A stretch of DNA of 64,000 nucleotides. Source: Myxococcales bacterium. Its GTDB lineage: Bacteria > Myxococcota_A > Polyangia > Polyangiales > Polyangiaceae. Shown here one piece after another: positions 52,975 to 62,739 of the stretch. The notes beneath the pieces were generated by a model. It did not search any database. It had not been told where the DNA came from and saw only the letters and a list, made by a program, of their open reading frames with translations. The position numbers and the translations under genes are program-made. The stretch's first letter is position 1; the number at the start of each line of letters is the position of its first letter. The stretch lies in the NCBI GenBank assembly GCA_043747615.1, contig JAYTOU010000060.1, positions 1-64,000 of the forward strand. The letters are read 5' to 3'.

Positions 52975-53233
52975 GCTCACCCGCCCGGCAGCCGTCGAGG
53001 CCATCAAAAATTCGGATCGCCAGCTCGCCCGCTTGCTCGACACTTTGCGTCGCAGCTACGATGCGCGTCGTCCGGAGATGCTGACGTTGCTCATCCTGTA
53101 TGGCCCGAACGTGCCTCACGGAACGATCGCCGGCGCGCGCCTGATCGACATTGGCCCGACCATCGCCTCTTGGCTCGGCCTTCCCATGCCGCAAGCCACG
53201 GGGGCGCCTCTGCGCATCACGTCTGCACGATGA
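52975..53233 (+). pseudogene. Decayed fragment of an alkaline-phosphatase-superfamily (nucleotide pyrophosphatase-like) gene
   Basis: EAIKNSDRQLARLLDTL is joined almost directly to PEMLTLLILYGPNV...ARLIDIGPTIASWLGLPMPQATGAPL; the catalytic N-terminus is absent. Confidence 0.6.
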
Positions 53234-55023
53234 ACTTCGTGCTCATGCTCGCCGCGCTCATCCTCCCGGGATTGGGAATCGAGCTAACCCTTCAGCGCCA
53301 CTCGCCCGGCGCCTTCGTGCGGACGATCCGCGCGTTTCTTCTGTCGCTCGCGTTTTGGCCGCTGGCGATTTTCGCGACCCGCTGGTCCGTCGTTTCTCTA
53401 ACCGTGCTGGCCTGGGGCGGTGTCGCGTTCGGCGCGCTCCTCAGCGCACGAGCGCTCGTCCGAAGTGGAAGGATCCGCATCGACGCGCGTGAAGTGTGGC
53501 CCGTTGCGGCGTTTCTCGGACTGTGCGCAGCGCATCTCCTTCCGGCTACGGAATGGCTCGCCGCGCCGGGCGCCGACATGTCGATGCACACCTTCATGAC
53601 CCGGCTGATCGTCGAGGGGGGCCGACTCCCCACGAGCTACGAGCCGATTTATCCGATCCACGATTTTGGTTCGTACGCCGCGGGTTTGCCGTCCACGGCC
53701 GCTGTGCTCACCGTCCTCACCGGCTGGTCCGTCCAGAAAACGAGTCTCATCGTGAGCCTGCTTGCCTACCCGGCGCTCGCAGGCGCGCTGTCTTTGGTGG
53801 CGGTGCGGTTCGTCGGACCAAGCGCTGCGCTCCTGGCCGCGTGGCTCATCGAGACGACGAGCGAGACCCACGCATTTCTCCTGTGGGGCGGAAATCCTAC
53901 GGTGCTTTCGTTTGCACTGGCGTTCGCCGCGATGGCGCCGCTCGTCAACTTCCAGAAGGGCGAAGGCGTTCGAAAGAGCGGAGGCATCTTTTTTCCACTG
54001 CTCGCGGTGGGGGCGGGCCTCGTTCACATCATTCCCCTGATCGCCATGGCCTACGCGCTGCCGGTCCCCGCGCTCATGTGGGTTTTTTGGGTGCCTCGCG
54101 CCGAGCGGTGGAGGCTCGTGCGCTCGTGGATCGCGCTCCTTGGATTCGCCGCAGTCTTGCTTGCCCTCCCCTACGTTCTCGGCGCTCACCCTCACGTCTC
54201 GACTCACGAGCTGCAGTGGGTCCTGCGGTGGCAGCGAGCGAACGAGCACGCGTACGACGGCACCTGGCGGGATTTCGCCTGGACCATCTGGCCTTACGCG
54301 TTTCGGCACATGGAGTGGGGAATCGCGGTTGGCGGCGTCGCTGTAGGCGCACAAATTTGGATCCGTGATCGGCGCCAGCTCCCGTGGATAGCATTCGGGC
54401 TCGGCGCGCTGCTCCTCACACTGAACTCCCGCTACTGGATTCTGCCCGCCTCGCCGGCGCTCTATCCGGAGCGCATGCTGAGGCTTCTCCTCGCTCCGAT
54501 GTGCGCGGTGACCGCCGCGGCCTTTGCTGCAGTGGGGAAAAGAATCCGCGCGTGGACCTTTGGGCGTCACGGTTGGAGCATCGTGCTCGTGGGAAGTCCT
54601 CTCCTCGTGTGGTCGATGTCGCGTCCGTACCTCGCCATGACTCGAGCGGGCGAACGGGTGACGGTGACCGCGAATGATCTCGAGCTGATGGATTGGATGA
54701 ACCGTAATCTCCCGCGCGACGCGGTGGTCGCAAACAACTACGGAGACGCAGGCCCCTGGATTCCAGCGCTCGCATTTCGCGCGGCGACGCACCCACACAG
54801 CAATCCATTTTACTTCGACGAGATCGACGAGTGGCGTTTGCGCACCGCTCCTACGTATTTATTTCTCGGTGAGAAGACGTTTTACGACGTTCAATACAAG
54901 CGTGACGCGGTGCTCGGCTCGCCCGCCGACTACCGACAGATTCGCAGCGCGGGGGCCGCCCTCCTCTTCATGATCGTGAATCCGCGACCAGCCGCGCCGA
55001 CGGAAAGCTGGATGGGCAGGTGA
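53230..55023 (+). CDS. Polytopic membrane protein, probable GT-C-fold glycosyltransferase-like
   Basis: Many TM helices, loop PGADMSMH...YEPIYP, soluble tail WMNRNLPRDAVVANNYGDAGPWIPAL. Confidence 0.6.
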   Translation: MNFVLMLAALILPGLGIELTLQRHSPGAFVRTIRAFLLSLAFWPLAIFATRWSVVSLTVLAWGGVAFGALLSARALVRSGRIRIDAREVWPVAAFLGLCAAHLLPATEWLAAPGADMSMHTFMTRLIVEGGRLPTSYEPIYPIHDFGSYAAGLPSTAAVLTVLTGWSVQKTSLIVSLLAYPALAGALSLVAVRFVGPSAALLAAWLIETTSETHAFLLWGGNPTVLSFALAFAAMAPLVNFQKGEGVRKSGGIFFPLLAVGAGLVHIIPLIAMAYALPVPALMWVFWVPRAERWRLVRSWIALLGFAAVLLALPYVLGAHPHVSTHELQWVLRWQRANEHAYDGTWRDFAWTIWPYAFRHMEWGIAVGGVAVGAQIWIRDRRQLPWIAFGLGALLLTLNSRYWILPASPALYPERMLRLLLAPMCAVTAAAFAAVGKRIRAWTFGRHGWSIVLVGSPLLVWSMSRPYLAMTRAGERVTVTANDLELMDWMNRNLPRDAVVANNYGDAGPWIPALAFRAATHPHSNPFYFDEIDEWRLRTAPTYLFLGEKTFYDVQYKRDAVLGSPADYRQIRSAGAALLFMIVNPRPAAPTESWMGR

Positions 55024-55161
55024 CGTACGATGCTGCGCCGCGTCAGGGAGTGATGCAGGGGCCATGGCTCGATTGGGTTTCCGCTCCGTCCAACGTTTTT
55101 TAGACTTTCCGCACGGAAGAGCTGAAACTTGGCGCTAACGCCTAAATAGGGGGTTTTTCAC

Positions 55162-55773
55162 ATGAGACTAGGTTCTTTTGTCGGTTCGTTGATGCTGGCG
55201 TTCGCAAGCACCGCGCAGGCACAGTCTGCTCCGTCCGGTGCACCGCCGGTCGCCGCTTCCACACCGGCCGCGTCGCCGGTAGGAGCCGCGGAAGGTGCTG
55301 GGCCCGAAGCAAAGGACGGCCTCCGCTTCCGCGGCGGTATCTCTTTGGGAGGCGGTCTCGAGACGGTCTCCATTGCTTCCGGACCGATGGTCGGAGTCGA
55401 CGGGAGGCTCGGCGTGCAGGTGAACAACCTCCTCGCGATCTATGCGCAGCCGCACCTTTCGTTCGGCTCGCTGAGCGCCAGCGCCGGTGGCACCACGGTT
55501 TCAGGGGCAACAGGCACCTTTGCGGTCGCGGCCATGGCGGATGTCACCTTGATCGACCACCTCTTCGTCGGCGCGGGCTTCGGTTACGGCATCCTCAACA
55601 ACCCGAAAGGCCCCATGTTTCAGGCGCGTCTGGGGGGGTACCCGCTGATGACCCGCGGGGAGAACGGCATTCGCCGCAAGGGGCTGATGATCGGCGGCGA
55701 CTTCCGCTCGATCTTCATCACCGGGGCAACGGGCATCATGCTCATGGCCGCGATCGGATACGAGGCGTTCTAA
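55162..55773 (+). CDS. Exported protein, probable small outer-membrane beta-barrel
   Basis: Signal peptide (AQA), amphipathic strands, C-terminal GYEAF. Confidence 0.7.
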   Translation: MRLGSFVGSLMLAFASTAQAQSAPSGAPPVAASTPAASPVGAAEGAGPEAKDGLRFRGGISLGGGLETVSIASGPMVGVDGRLGVQVNNLLAIYAQPHLSFGSLSASAGGTTVSGATGTFAVAAMADVTLIDHLFVGAGFGYGILNNPKGPMFQARLGGYPLMTRGENGIRRKGLMIGGDFRSIFITGATGIMLMAAIGYEAF

Positions 55774-55898
55774 ACCGCACGTCCCCTGCGGTTCCTCCTG
55801 GCGAGCCCGCTTCAAACGCCGACTAGCCACCTTCGCGCTGCGCCGAAGGAAGGTTCGGTTACCGTCGGCGTAAGAAGCAAGACTCGCAAGGAGACTTC

Positions 55899-57431
55899 AT
55901 GGGACTGCTCGATTCGATGTTCGGTGGTGGTACGCGCCTGGAGCTCACGCTCGACACGGCGACGGCTTCTCCTGGGAGCGTCATCGGCGGGCGCATCGTC
56001 CTTTTTGGCGGCCAAAAACCGCTGACCGTGACCGAGTGCGGCGTACGCCTTCTCTTCGTCTCGACGAAGACGCGTCCCGACTCGGCGCTGCCGGAGATCA
56101 TCGCCAAAGACGTTGCCAAGCAGATCGTGGCCGGCGGAATCGCGCTGATGCCCGGGTCGCAGCAGGTCTACACGTTTCGCCTCTCCGTCCCGGACGATCT
56201 GCCCACCTCGGGTACGGGCGTGTCATTCACCGTCCTCGCCTTCGCCGACATTCCAGGCATCAAGGACCCGAGCGCGTCGGTCGAGATCCGGGTGGTCGAT
56301 GCCTCCAAAGACAAGGGCCGGCGCATCTCGCTCGACGACGTCATCGCGCGCTTTCCGAACCTTCATAGCCGCGACGAAGAGCCGCTGTGCGATGCGCTCA
56401 ACGATTTCTTTCTCGCCTGTTATTCCGAAGGCGGCGAGCTCATGGAAGCTGAGCCGCTCGTGTCGTGGCACATGCAAAACGGAACCGTGAAGGTGCGGCG
56501 CAAGGCCCTGGAGGCATGGGCCAACCTCGTTGACAACCGCGTGCAGCCCCACCACTTGCAGACGCTCTACGCGTTCGCGAACTTGCCGGGGCTCGACGCG
56601 GACACCTTCGAGCAGGTCGTCGTCGCCTCCACGAAATTTGCGGAAGAAGGCGCGCTCACCTTGGTGCAGCAGTTCGCGCAAAACCCGAGCGCAACGGTGC
56701 GCGAGCAGGTTGCGTCGAACCTCCGTTTCAACTCCGCCGAGAAGTTCAACGGCAAGCGCGAGCTCTTGGTGCAGCTCGCCCAAGACCAAGCACCCGAGGT
56801 GCGCAAAGCCGCGATCGGCGCTCTCACTTGCTACAACGACGATCAGCAGATCGTCTACTGGGTCGCAAACCTCAGCGACTCCGATCCGGACGTCGAGGTG
56901 AAGGGGCAGTGCATCTCTTCGCTTGCCCTCGCGCACCACCACGGCATGGGCGAGGTCTCTCTCGCCGTCTACGAGAAGCACTCCGCCAACGAGAGCCCCG
57001 CCGTCCGCAAGATGGTCGCGCGGAACCTCTCGAACCAGCCGAAGCCCGCCATCCAGCGCATTTGGGGAATTGCCCAGCGCCTCGCGCAGGACCCCGACCA
57101 AGACGTGCGCAGCACCCTCGCCTTCGAGTTTCGCAACATGACGGACATGCCGCAGCTGCTCCCGATCGTACAGGGAATGGCGCAGAACGATCCTTCTTCG
57201 GAAGTTCGCAAGGACGCTCTCGGCGGCATGGCAGCCTTGATGCCGCCCGCGCATGTCGCCCAGTATTTCGGCCAGATGATGCAGGCGGCGCAGAGCGAGG
57301 ACGATCAACACACCGTCCTCAACGCCATTTGCCAACACAGCGAGAACGCGCAGATCAAGCAGCTGCTCACGCACCTCGGCCAGTCGCCGTATCCGAGCGT
57401 CGCGCAGGCTGCCCGCGAAGCCCTGAGCTGA
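55899..57431 (+). CDS. Spo0M/arrestin-like N-terminal domain fused to HEAT repeats
   Basis: MGLLDSMFGGGTRLELTLD...PGSVIGGRIVLFGG...FRLSVPDDLPTS...ADIPGIKDP, then LAQDQAPEVRK-type repeats; RBS AAGGAG. Confidence 0.75.
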   Translation: MGLLDSMFGGGTRLELTLDTATASPGSVIGGRIVLFGGQKPLTVTECGVRLLFVSTKTRPDSALPEIIAKDVAKQIVAGGIALMPGSQQVYTFRLSVPDDLPTSGTGVSFTVLAFADIPGIKDPSASVEIRVVDASKDKGRRISLDDVIARFPNLHSRDEEPLCDALNDFFLACYSEGGELMEAEPLVSWHMQNGTVKVRRKALEAWANLVDNRVQPHHLQTLYAFANLPGLDADTFEQVVVASTKFAEEGALTLVQQFAQNPSATVREQVASNLRFNSAEKFNGKRELLVQLAQDQAPEVRKAAIGALTCYNDDQQIVYWVANLSDSDPDVEVKGQCISSLALAHHHGMGEVSLAVYEKHSANESPAVRKMVARNLSNQPKPAIQRIWGIAQRLAQDPDQDVRSTLAFEFRNMTDMPQLLPIVQGMAQNDPSSEVRKDALGGMAALMPPAHVAQYFGQMMQAAQSEDDQHTVLNAICQHSENAQIKQLLTHLGQSPYPSVAQAAREALS

Positions 57432-57458
57432 GGACGACGCGCGTCTAGCCTCGTCCGT

Positions 57459-58412
57459 TCAGAGCGTGAGTGAGAAGGTCACGACGAGGCCTTGACCAAG
57501 CGGTACGACGGCTACGGGGGGAGGCACGTTTTTTCGCGGAAGAATCACGGCGATGACGGCCGCGCCAATGCCCGTCGCCAGCGCAGCCGTGCTGATCCAG
57601 GCAAAGGTTCGGGCGCTCGAAGCGGCGTCTTTGCCGGCAGGATCGGGGCAGTAGTTACGGTCCGTCGCGCACAGGTGTTTGTAGGTCGACTGACGCTCCA
57701 GCGCGACGAGGCCCGTCACGGCCGCTCCGATGAGCGCGCCGACCGCCACGCCGCCCGCAACGTAGGACGCGGTGCTCAGGGTTTTCTTTTCCACCACAAT
57801 CGCAGTTGGCAAGGGCGCCGGCACGACCGACACCTGATCCGGCTGAGCGACGGCGAGCGCGGGCAGCAGAAGCTCGAGCCGTTCGCCTTCCGCAAGCGCT
57901 CCCTCCCATGCCCACGGCGTCCGCCCCGGAGCCCCTGCGTTTGCGCGATGGCGACCCGGATCGAGCGGCACAGGAACCCCCAGGGCAGCGGCCCCGAGCG
58001 ACGCGCCGTCAACCTCTACGTGAAGCCCGACGACGGCCTCTGCGGGCGGCACCAACGTCAGCTTCGGGAGGCGCGGCGTCACTGCTTCCAGGTGCTCGCG
58101 CGCCGTCTGCTCGCGGTCCTTGCGACCGTCTCGCATGGCGACGCTGAGCGCGTGATTGAGCTCTTGCCACGCTGTTGCGACCTTCCCCTCTTGCTCGTGG
58201 CACACCGCGAGATTGAGAAGCGTGCCTCCCCCCGGGTCGAGGCGCTGGCTCTCGGCGAACATGGGACAAGCGCGCCCAAGATCGCGTTTTTGGACGAGCG
58301 TTCGTGCTTCGTCGAAGAGCGATTGCGCGAGCTGCTTGTCGGTCGCCGTCTGCGCAAAGGCCACGGATGGCGCGAAAAGAGCCGCAAGCAGCACCAGCGC
58401 GACTCGCTTCAC
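57459..58412 (-). CDS. Exported TPR + PEGA-like protein
   Basis: AQSLFDEAR...ACPMFAESQRLDPGGGTLLNLAVCHE, LDPGRH. Start placed at GTG 58412. Confidence 0.82.
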   Translation of the reverse strand: MKRVALVLLAALFAPSVAFAQTATDKQLAQSLFDEARTLVQKRDLGRACPMFAESQRLDPGGGTLLNLAVCHEQEGKVATAWQELNHALSVAMRDGRKDREQTAREHLEAVTPRLPKLTLVPPAEAVVGLHVEVDGASLGAAALGVPVPLDPGRHRANAGAPGRTPWAWEGALAEGERLELLLPALAVAQPDQVSVVPAPLPTAIVVEKKTLSTASYVAGGVAVGALIGAAVTGLVALERQSTYKHLCATDRNYCPDPAGKDAASSARTFAWISTAALATGIGAAVIAVILPRKNVPPPVAVVPLGQGLVVTFSLTL

Positions 58413-58482
58413 GCGCGAAGCATAACCCAAGGGGTGCCCGCGCGACTGGCCTACGTTCGCCCCGCGCGCTAGACAGGCCCGG

Positions 58483-60330
58483 GTGCGACGCCTCTTTCTG
58501 CTCCTGGCCATTTCGTGCGGAGCCCCCGCGTCGCCTCCTGCAGACGGCGTGGCCTCCGCCCTCACCTGCGGTCCCCGCATGCGACCCGTGGCGGGCGACG
58601 GTAGCTGCGTTCCCGTCGGAACGACAGACGCTCCAGACGGCTTTGTCCCCGATGGTGCATGGGGCTTTCGCGCGAACATCCCCGCCGCTCCGTGCACGGG
58701 AGCGATGATCGCCCTTCTCGGCAGCGAAGCTTGTCAGGCGATCGACGACTGCGCGCTACCCTTTCCGCCCGCGGAGGCCACGGTGGCCGTTCGGACGGCA
58801 GCCACGCCTTATGCGGATCGGCCAGACGTCACGGTCGTCACGACGCTCGCGGAAGCGCTGACGAAGGCCGCGGCCGGCGCCACCATCGCGATCGACGAAG
58901 GAGAGTTTGCGACTCCCCCCCTTCTGACTCAATCGGTCAACATCGTCGGTCGCTGCGCAGGTCGCACGTCTCTCCTCGGCCCGGATTTCGGCGTGCGGAT
59001 CGACACCGCCATCAAGGTGAGCTTCAGATCGGTGGGCTTCACCGGAGCACCGAAAGTCGCGCTCCTCCTCAACGGCCACTCGGTCACGACCCTCGATCGC
59101 GTCTACGTCCACGGAGCGGGAAACGGCGTCGACGTGGGCAACGGATCCAAGCTCACGGTGAGCCGCAGTGTTTTCGAGGGGCCGCTCGTGGCGAGCAATC
59201 CGAACGCCGCAACGAACGGCATCCAAGCGGTCTACGACGGGCACATCATGCTCACCGAGGTCGAGCTCCGCGGCTACCAACTCTCCATAGAAGCAGAGAG
59301 CGTCGGCACCGACATTTCGATCTCGAAGAGCGTCGTCCACGAGCAGCGCGCGCTCAAAGCCGAGAAGGAAGCGCTCTCGCAGATTGGCGTGTTTTTGGGC
59401 GCCCACGTAGGCGTCGTCGCGAGCCACATCGAGTCCGCTCCTGGGCGGATCGCGTTCGTGGGGGCTGCGCGCCTGGACGGCGTCAACGATCCGACCTCGC
59501 CTGGAAACCCGCCCGCGTCCCTTACCGTTTCCGGCAGCACTCTCCTTCATGCCCTCATTCCGCGCGAAGCGGGGAGCGCGATCGATCTCGTCGGGGGAGC
59601 GTCTCTCAACCTCGACAACGTCAGCTTGCGCCACGACTCGTTCGTCGCGATCGGCGCGTCGGAGGGCTCGAGCGTGAGGATCCGAAGCTCCGTGATCCAG
59701 ACCGCGTCGAGCACGGACAACGCGCGCACGGGCGTCTATGCGCTGTCGGGCGCGAAGCTGACCGTCGACTCGTCGGCCATCGTCGGCGCGTCCCAATTTG
59801 CCGTGGTCCTCGGCGGGGCGAGCACCGCGACCATCTCGAGCTCCCTCATTTCCGGCACGCGCGAGATTGGCCGAGCGGATTTCGGATCGTTCATGGGCGC
59901 AGCGCAGGCTCTGTCGATCGGACCGGGGGGGCAAGCCACGCTGAACGACACGGCCTTCGTCGCCAACGAGGGCACGGCCGTATTTCTCGATGGCGCGACG
60001 GTCGAGCTCAATCGCGCGGTCCTGTCGACGACGCACGCATCGTCCTTCGGCCCCTTCACGGCGGCGGTCACCGGCGTGGACGCCGTCGTCGCCATCCGCA
60101 ACTCAGCGCTCGCCAAGAACGACCTCGCGCTCGCTCTGCGCCGCGGACGCACCCTCCTTCGCGACAGCTCCGTGACCGATCACCGCGAGGCGATGCGGCT
60201 CGAAGGCCTTACCTTGGTTCAGACCAACGACGCGGTCGAGGATCCCGTCGACACCCACGTCGTCGCCGCCCGAACCAACTTTGCGCGAAACGCCGTCCTC
60301 GTGAGCTCCAAGTCCTTCACTGGCGAATAG
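58483..60330 (+). CDS. Lipoprotein with right-handed beta-helix repeats
   Basis: Lipobox AISC, TLAEAL...GATIAIDEGEF, IVGRC, repeated short beta units. Confidence 0.75.
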   Translation: MRRLFLLLAISCGAPASPPADGVASALTCGPRMRPVAGDGSCVPVGTTDAPDGFVPDGAWGFRANIPAAPCTGAMIALLGSEACQAIDDCALPFPPAEATVAVRTAATPYADRPDVTVVTTLAEALTKAAAGATIAIDEGEFATPPLLTQSVNIVGRCAGRTSLLGPDFGVRIDTAIKVSFRSVGFTGAPKVALLLNGHSVTTLDRVYVHGAGNGVDVGNGSKLTVSRSVFEGPLVASNPNAATNGIQAVYDGHIMLTEVELRGYQLSIEAESVGTDISISKSVVHEQRALKAEKEALSQIGVFLGAHVGVVASHIESAPGRIAFVGAARLDGVNDPTSPGNPPASLTVSGSTLLHALIPREAGSAIDLVGGASLNLDNVSLRHDSFVAIGASEGSSVRIRSSVIQTASSTDNARTGVYALSGAKLTVDSSAIVGASQFAVVLGGASTATISSSLISGTREIGRADFGSFMGAAQALSIGPGGQATLNDTAFVANEGTAVFLDGATVELNRAVLSTTHASSFGPFTAAVTGVDAVVAIRNSALAKNDLALALRRGRTLLRDSSVTDHREAMRLEGLTLVQTNDAVEDPVDTHVVAARTNFARNAVLVSSKSFTGE

Positions 60331-61033
60331 AGCACGAGGAGACCTGCGCCGTGCCGCTCGGGCAGGCAAGCTGATCCTTGTTGCACACCGCCACCTCGCG
60401 TTCCCCAACCGTGCACGCCCGCGCACGACACTGGCAACGATCTTCGACCGCGCAACAATGCGGCCCTCGGCACTCCTCCGCGGTGGTCGAATCCAAGTTG
60501 TCACCGAGGACGCAGTTGCAGCCGTCGGAGGTCGGGACACACGTCACGGCGTTGCACGCGCACTCCAGCGCGGGGCCCGGCCAGGCACTCGGAGCGCAGC
60601 AGCGCGTTCGCGGATAAGTGACGCTCGTGCACGCAAGATCGTTCGCCGCGCTGCTCGTCTGGCAGCTGCACGCGAGGCCCGGCGAGACGAATGAGTCGGT
60701 GCAGCGCGTCTGACTAAGCCCGACCTTCGTGTAGCAAAGAGCGGCGCACTTCGTGGTCAGGCATGTGGCGACGTCGGAAGCCGGAATGCGATCGCAGGCG
60801 GCGTCCCCCGAGGAAGCGCACTCCTCCAGTGATCCAAGGACGCTCGCGTTGGCGCACGCGGCATTGATCGCGGTCGCGCAGCGCGCAAGCAGGCACATGC
60901 CGCAGGCGGTATTTTCCCCCTGGAACACGCAGCGGTCGCCGACCTCTCGCGGCGAGACCAAAAGGATGCAGCCGCCTAGGCACGCAGCGATGCCGAGCAC
61001 GATCAGGTTCCGACCGAGAGCTCTGGAAAGCAC
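60317..61033 (-). CDS. Cys-rich lipoprotein
   Basis: Lipobox LGGC; very high Cys content. Confidence 0.75.
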   Translation of the reverse strand: MLSRALGRNLIVLGIAACLGGCILLVSPREVGDRCVFQGENTACGMCLLARCATAINAACANASVLGSLEECASSGDAACDRIPASDVATCLTTKCAALCYTKVGLSQTRCTDSFVSPGLACSCQTSSAANDLACTSVTYPRTRCCAPSAWPGPALECACNAVTCVPTSDGCNCVLGDNLDSTTAEECRGPHCCAVEDRCQCRARACTVGEREVAVCNKDQLACPSGTAQVSSCSIRQ

Positions 61034-61039
61034 AGGTCA

Positions 61040-62026
61040 TCACGCTAACACTATTTTTTCCTGGCCGACGCGCTCGGAGCCGCAGCTCGCAGGTGATGTA
61101 CTCGTCGCGCGCAGCCGCATCGCATCCGTGCCGCGCGAGATCCATACACGCGTTCGCTCGTTGCAAGGCCACACGCGTGTCTCCCCCTTGCCCGTCTCGC
61201 GCGTTGCGGGCTCGCCCACCAGGTAGTCCGAGCCCGTTCTACCGAACACCGCGCGACGTCGACCGGACCACGTGCGGGCACGCCTCACGTCGTTCGCGAT
61301 GGCGATCCATTCGTTGAACGACGCGTGAAGCATGTCTTTCTTCACGAGCGGCTTGGTGAGGCCATAGACGACCTGCTCCTCTTCGAGCTCGAACGTCCCG
61401 AAGATTCGGTCCCACACGATCAGGATACCCGCGTAGTTCTTGTCGATGTACTGCGGATTCGAGCCGTGGTGGACGCGGTGGTGTGACGGCGTGTTGAGCA
61501 CCCACTCGAGGAGCCCGAGCTTTCGCACGAGCTCGGTGTGAATCCCGTACTGGTAGATGAGGCTGATGGAGTGCGCCGCGAGGACCATCTCCGGGCGAAA
61601 ACCGAGGAGAGGCAGCGGGAGCCAAAAGATCGTGAGCAGCGGCTCCGTCCACGGCTGACGGAGGGCGGTCGTCAGGGTGTACTGCTCGCTGGAGTGGTGA
61701 GCCTCGTGCGTGGCCCAGAAGAAGCGAATCTCGTGCGACGCTCGGTGCGCCCAATAGAAGATGAAGTCGTCGGCCAGGAGCGCGAGCGGCCACAGGTACC
61801 AAGCGCCACCAAGATCAAACAAGCGATGCTGGTAGAGCACTGTGAAGAGCGCGTAGCTGCCGCCTTGCAGGGCCAGGTTGATGAGCAAAAAGACGAGACC
61901 CATGCCCACGCTCCGCGCGCCGTCTTTCGCATCGAATCCCATGCCCCGCCGCTTCCGCAGCCACGCCTCGCACAGCAGGGTGACGAGGAAGAACGGGGCC
62001 GCGAACACCAAGAGGTAGGGCGACAT
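61040..62026 (-). CDS. Sterol desaturase/fatty-acid hydroxylase family protein (alkylglycerol monooxygenase-like)
   Basis: His boxes HRASH, HEAHH, IHTE and NTPSHHRVHHG; DKNYAGILIVWDRIFGTF. Confidence 0.9.
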   Translation of the reverse strand: MSPYLLVFAAPFFLVTLLCEAWLRKRRGMGFDAKDGARSVGMGLVFLLINLALQGGSYALFTVLYQHRLFDLGGAWYLWPLALLADDFIFYWAHRASHEIRFFWATHEAHHSSEQYTLTTALRQPWTEPLLTIFWLPLPLLGFRPEMVLAAHSISLIYQYGIHTELVRKLGLLEWVLNTPSHHRVHHGSNPQYIDKNYAGILIVWDRIFGTFELEEEQVVYGLTKPLVKKDMLHASFNEWIAIANDVRRARTWSGRRRAVFGRTGSDYLVGEPATRETGKGETRVWPCNERTRVWISRGTDAMRLRATSTSPASCGSERVGQEKIVLA

Positions 62027-62048
62027 GCGGGGAGTGTGTCTTCTTATT

Positions 62049-62072
62049 TAAAAAGTGACAAGTCACTTTTTA
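62049..62072. promoter_or_regulatory. Perfect inverted repeat, likely TetR operator
   Basis: TAAAAAGTGAC-AA-GTCACTTTTTA in the divergent intergenic gap. Confidence 0.85.
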
Positions 62073-62082
62073 CGCGCAGCCG

Positions 62083-62739
62083 GTGATTCCTGGTAAGGTG
62101 CTGATTTCTTTGAGCCCTCCCGTCCGACGAACCCAGGCCGACCGCCGCGCCACCACCCGCAAAGCGCTGCTCGACGCCACCATCGAGTGCCTGACGGCCG
62201 TGGGCTACGCGAAGACGACCACCACCGAGATCTCCTCGCGTGCTGGCGTCTCCCAGGGAGCGCTCTTCAAACATTTTTCCACCAAAGAGGCGCTTCTTTC
62301 GGCGGCGGCGGCCGACCTGTGCGCGGCCACGTTCCCGAAGTTCCGTCATGCCATGCGGAGCCACCGCGCCGGCAAGGATCCCATCGAGCGCGCTCTTCGT
62401 GGGCTTTGGTCCGTCTTCAAGACCGCCGAAGTTCGCGTCCTTCACGAGCTGTACACGGCGGCTCCGACCGAGCCTGCCCTCCGCGCTGCCCTCGTCCCCG
62501 TGCTCCGTCACCACCGTGAGAATATTCTCAGCGAGAGCAAGATCCTCTTTCCGGAGCTCGGCGCGATCCCCAACTTCGAGACCGCCGTGGACTTCGTGGT
62601 CACCGCCATGCAAGGGGCGGCGCTCGTCCTATTCGTGGGCGAAGACAAGAAGCGCGAGAAGGCATTTCTCGATGGGCTCGGACTCCTCGTCCGCGCGGCA
62701 CCCATGCTTCTCGGGGTTAGCTCACGGAGTGCCGGCTGA
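62083..62739 (+). CDS. TetR-family transcriptional regulator
   Basis: TRKALLDAT...GYAKTTTTEISSRAGVSQGALFKHFSTKEAL. Start may be TTG 62110. Confidence 0.93.
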   Translation: MIPGKVLISLSPPVRRTQADRRATTRKALLDATIECLTAVGYAKTTTTEISSRAGVSQGALFKHFSTKEALLSAAAADLCAATFPKFRHAMRSHRAGKDPIERALRGLWSVFKTAEVRVLHELYTAAPTEPALRAALVPVLRHHRENILSESKILFPELGAIPNFETAVDFVVTAMQGAALVLFVGEDKKREKAFLDGLGLLVRAAPMLLGVSSRSAG

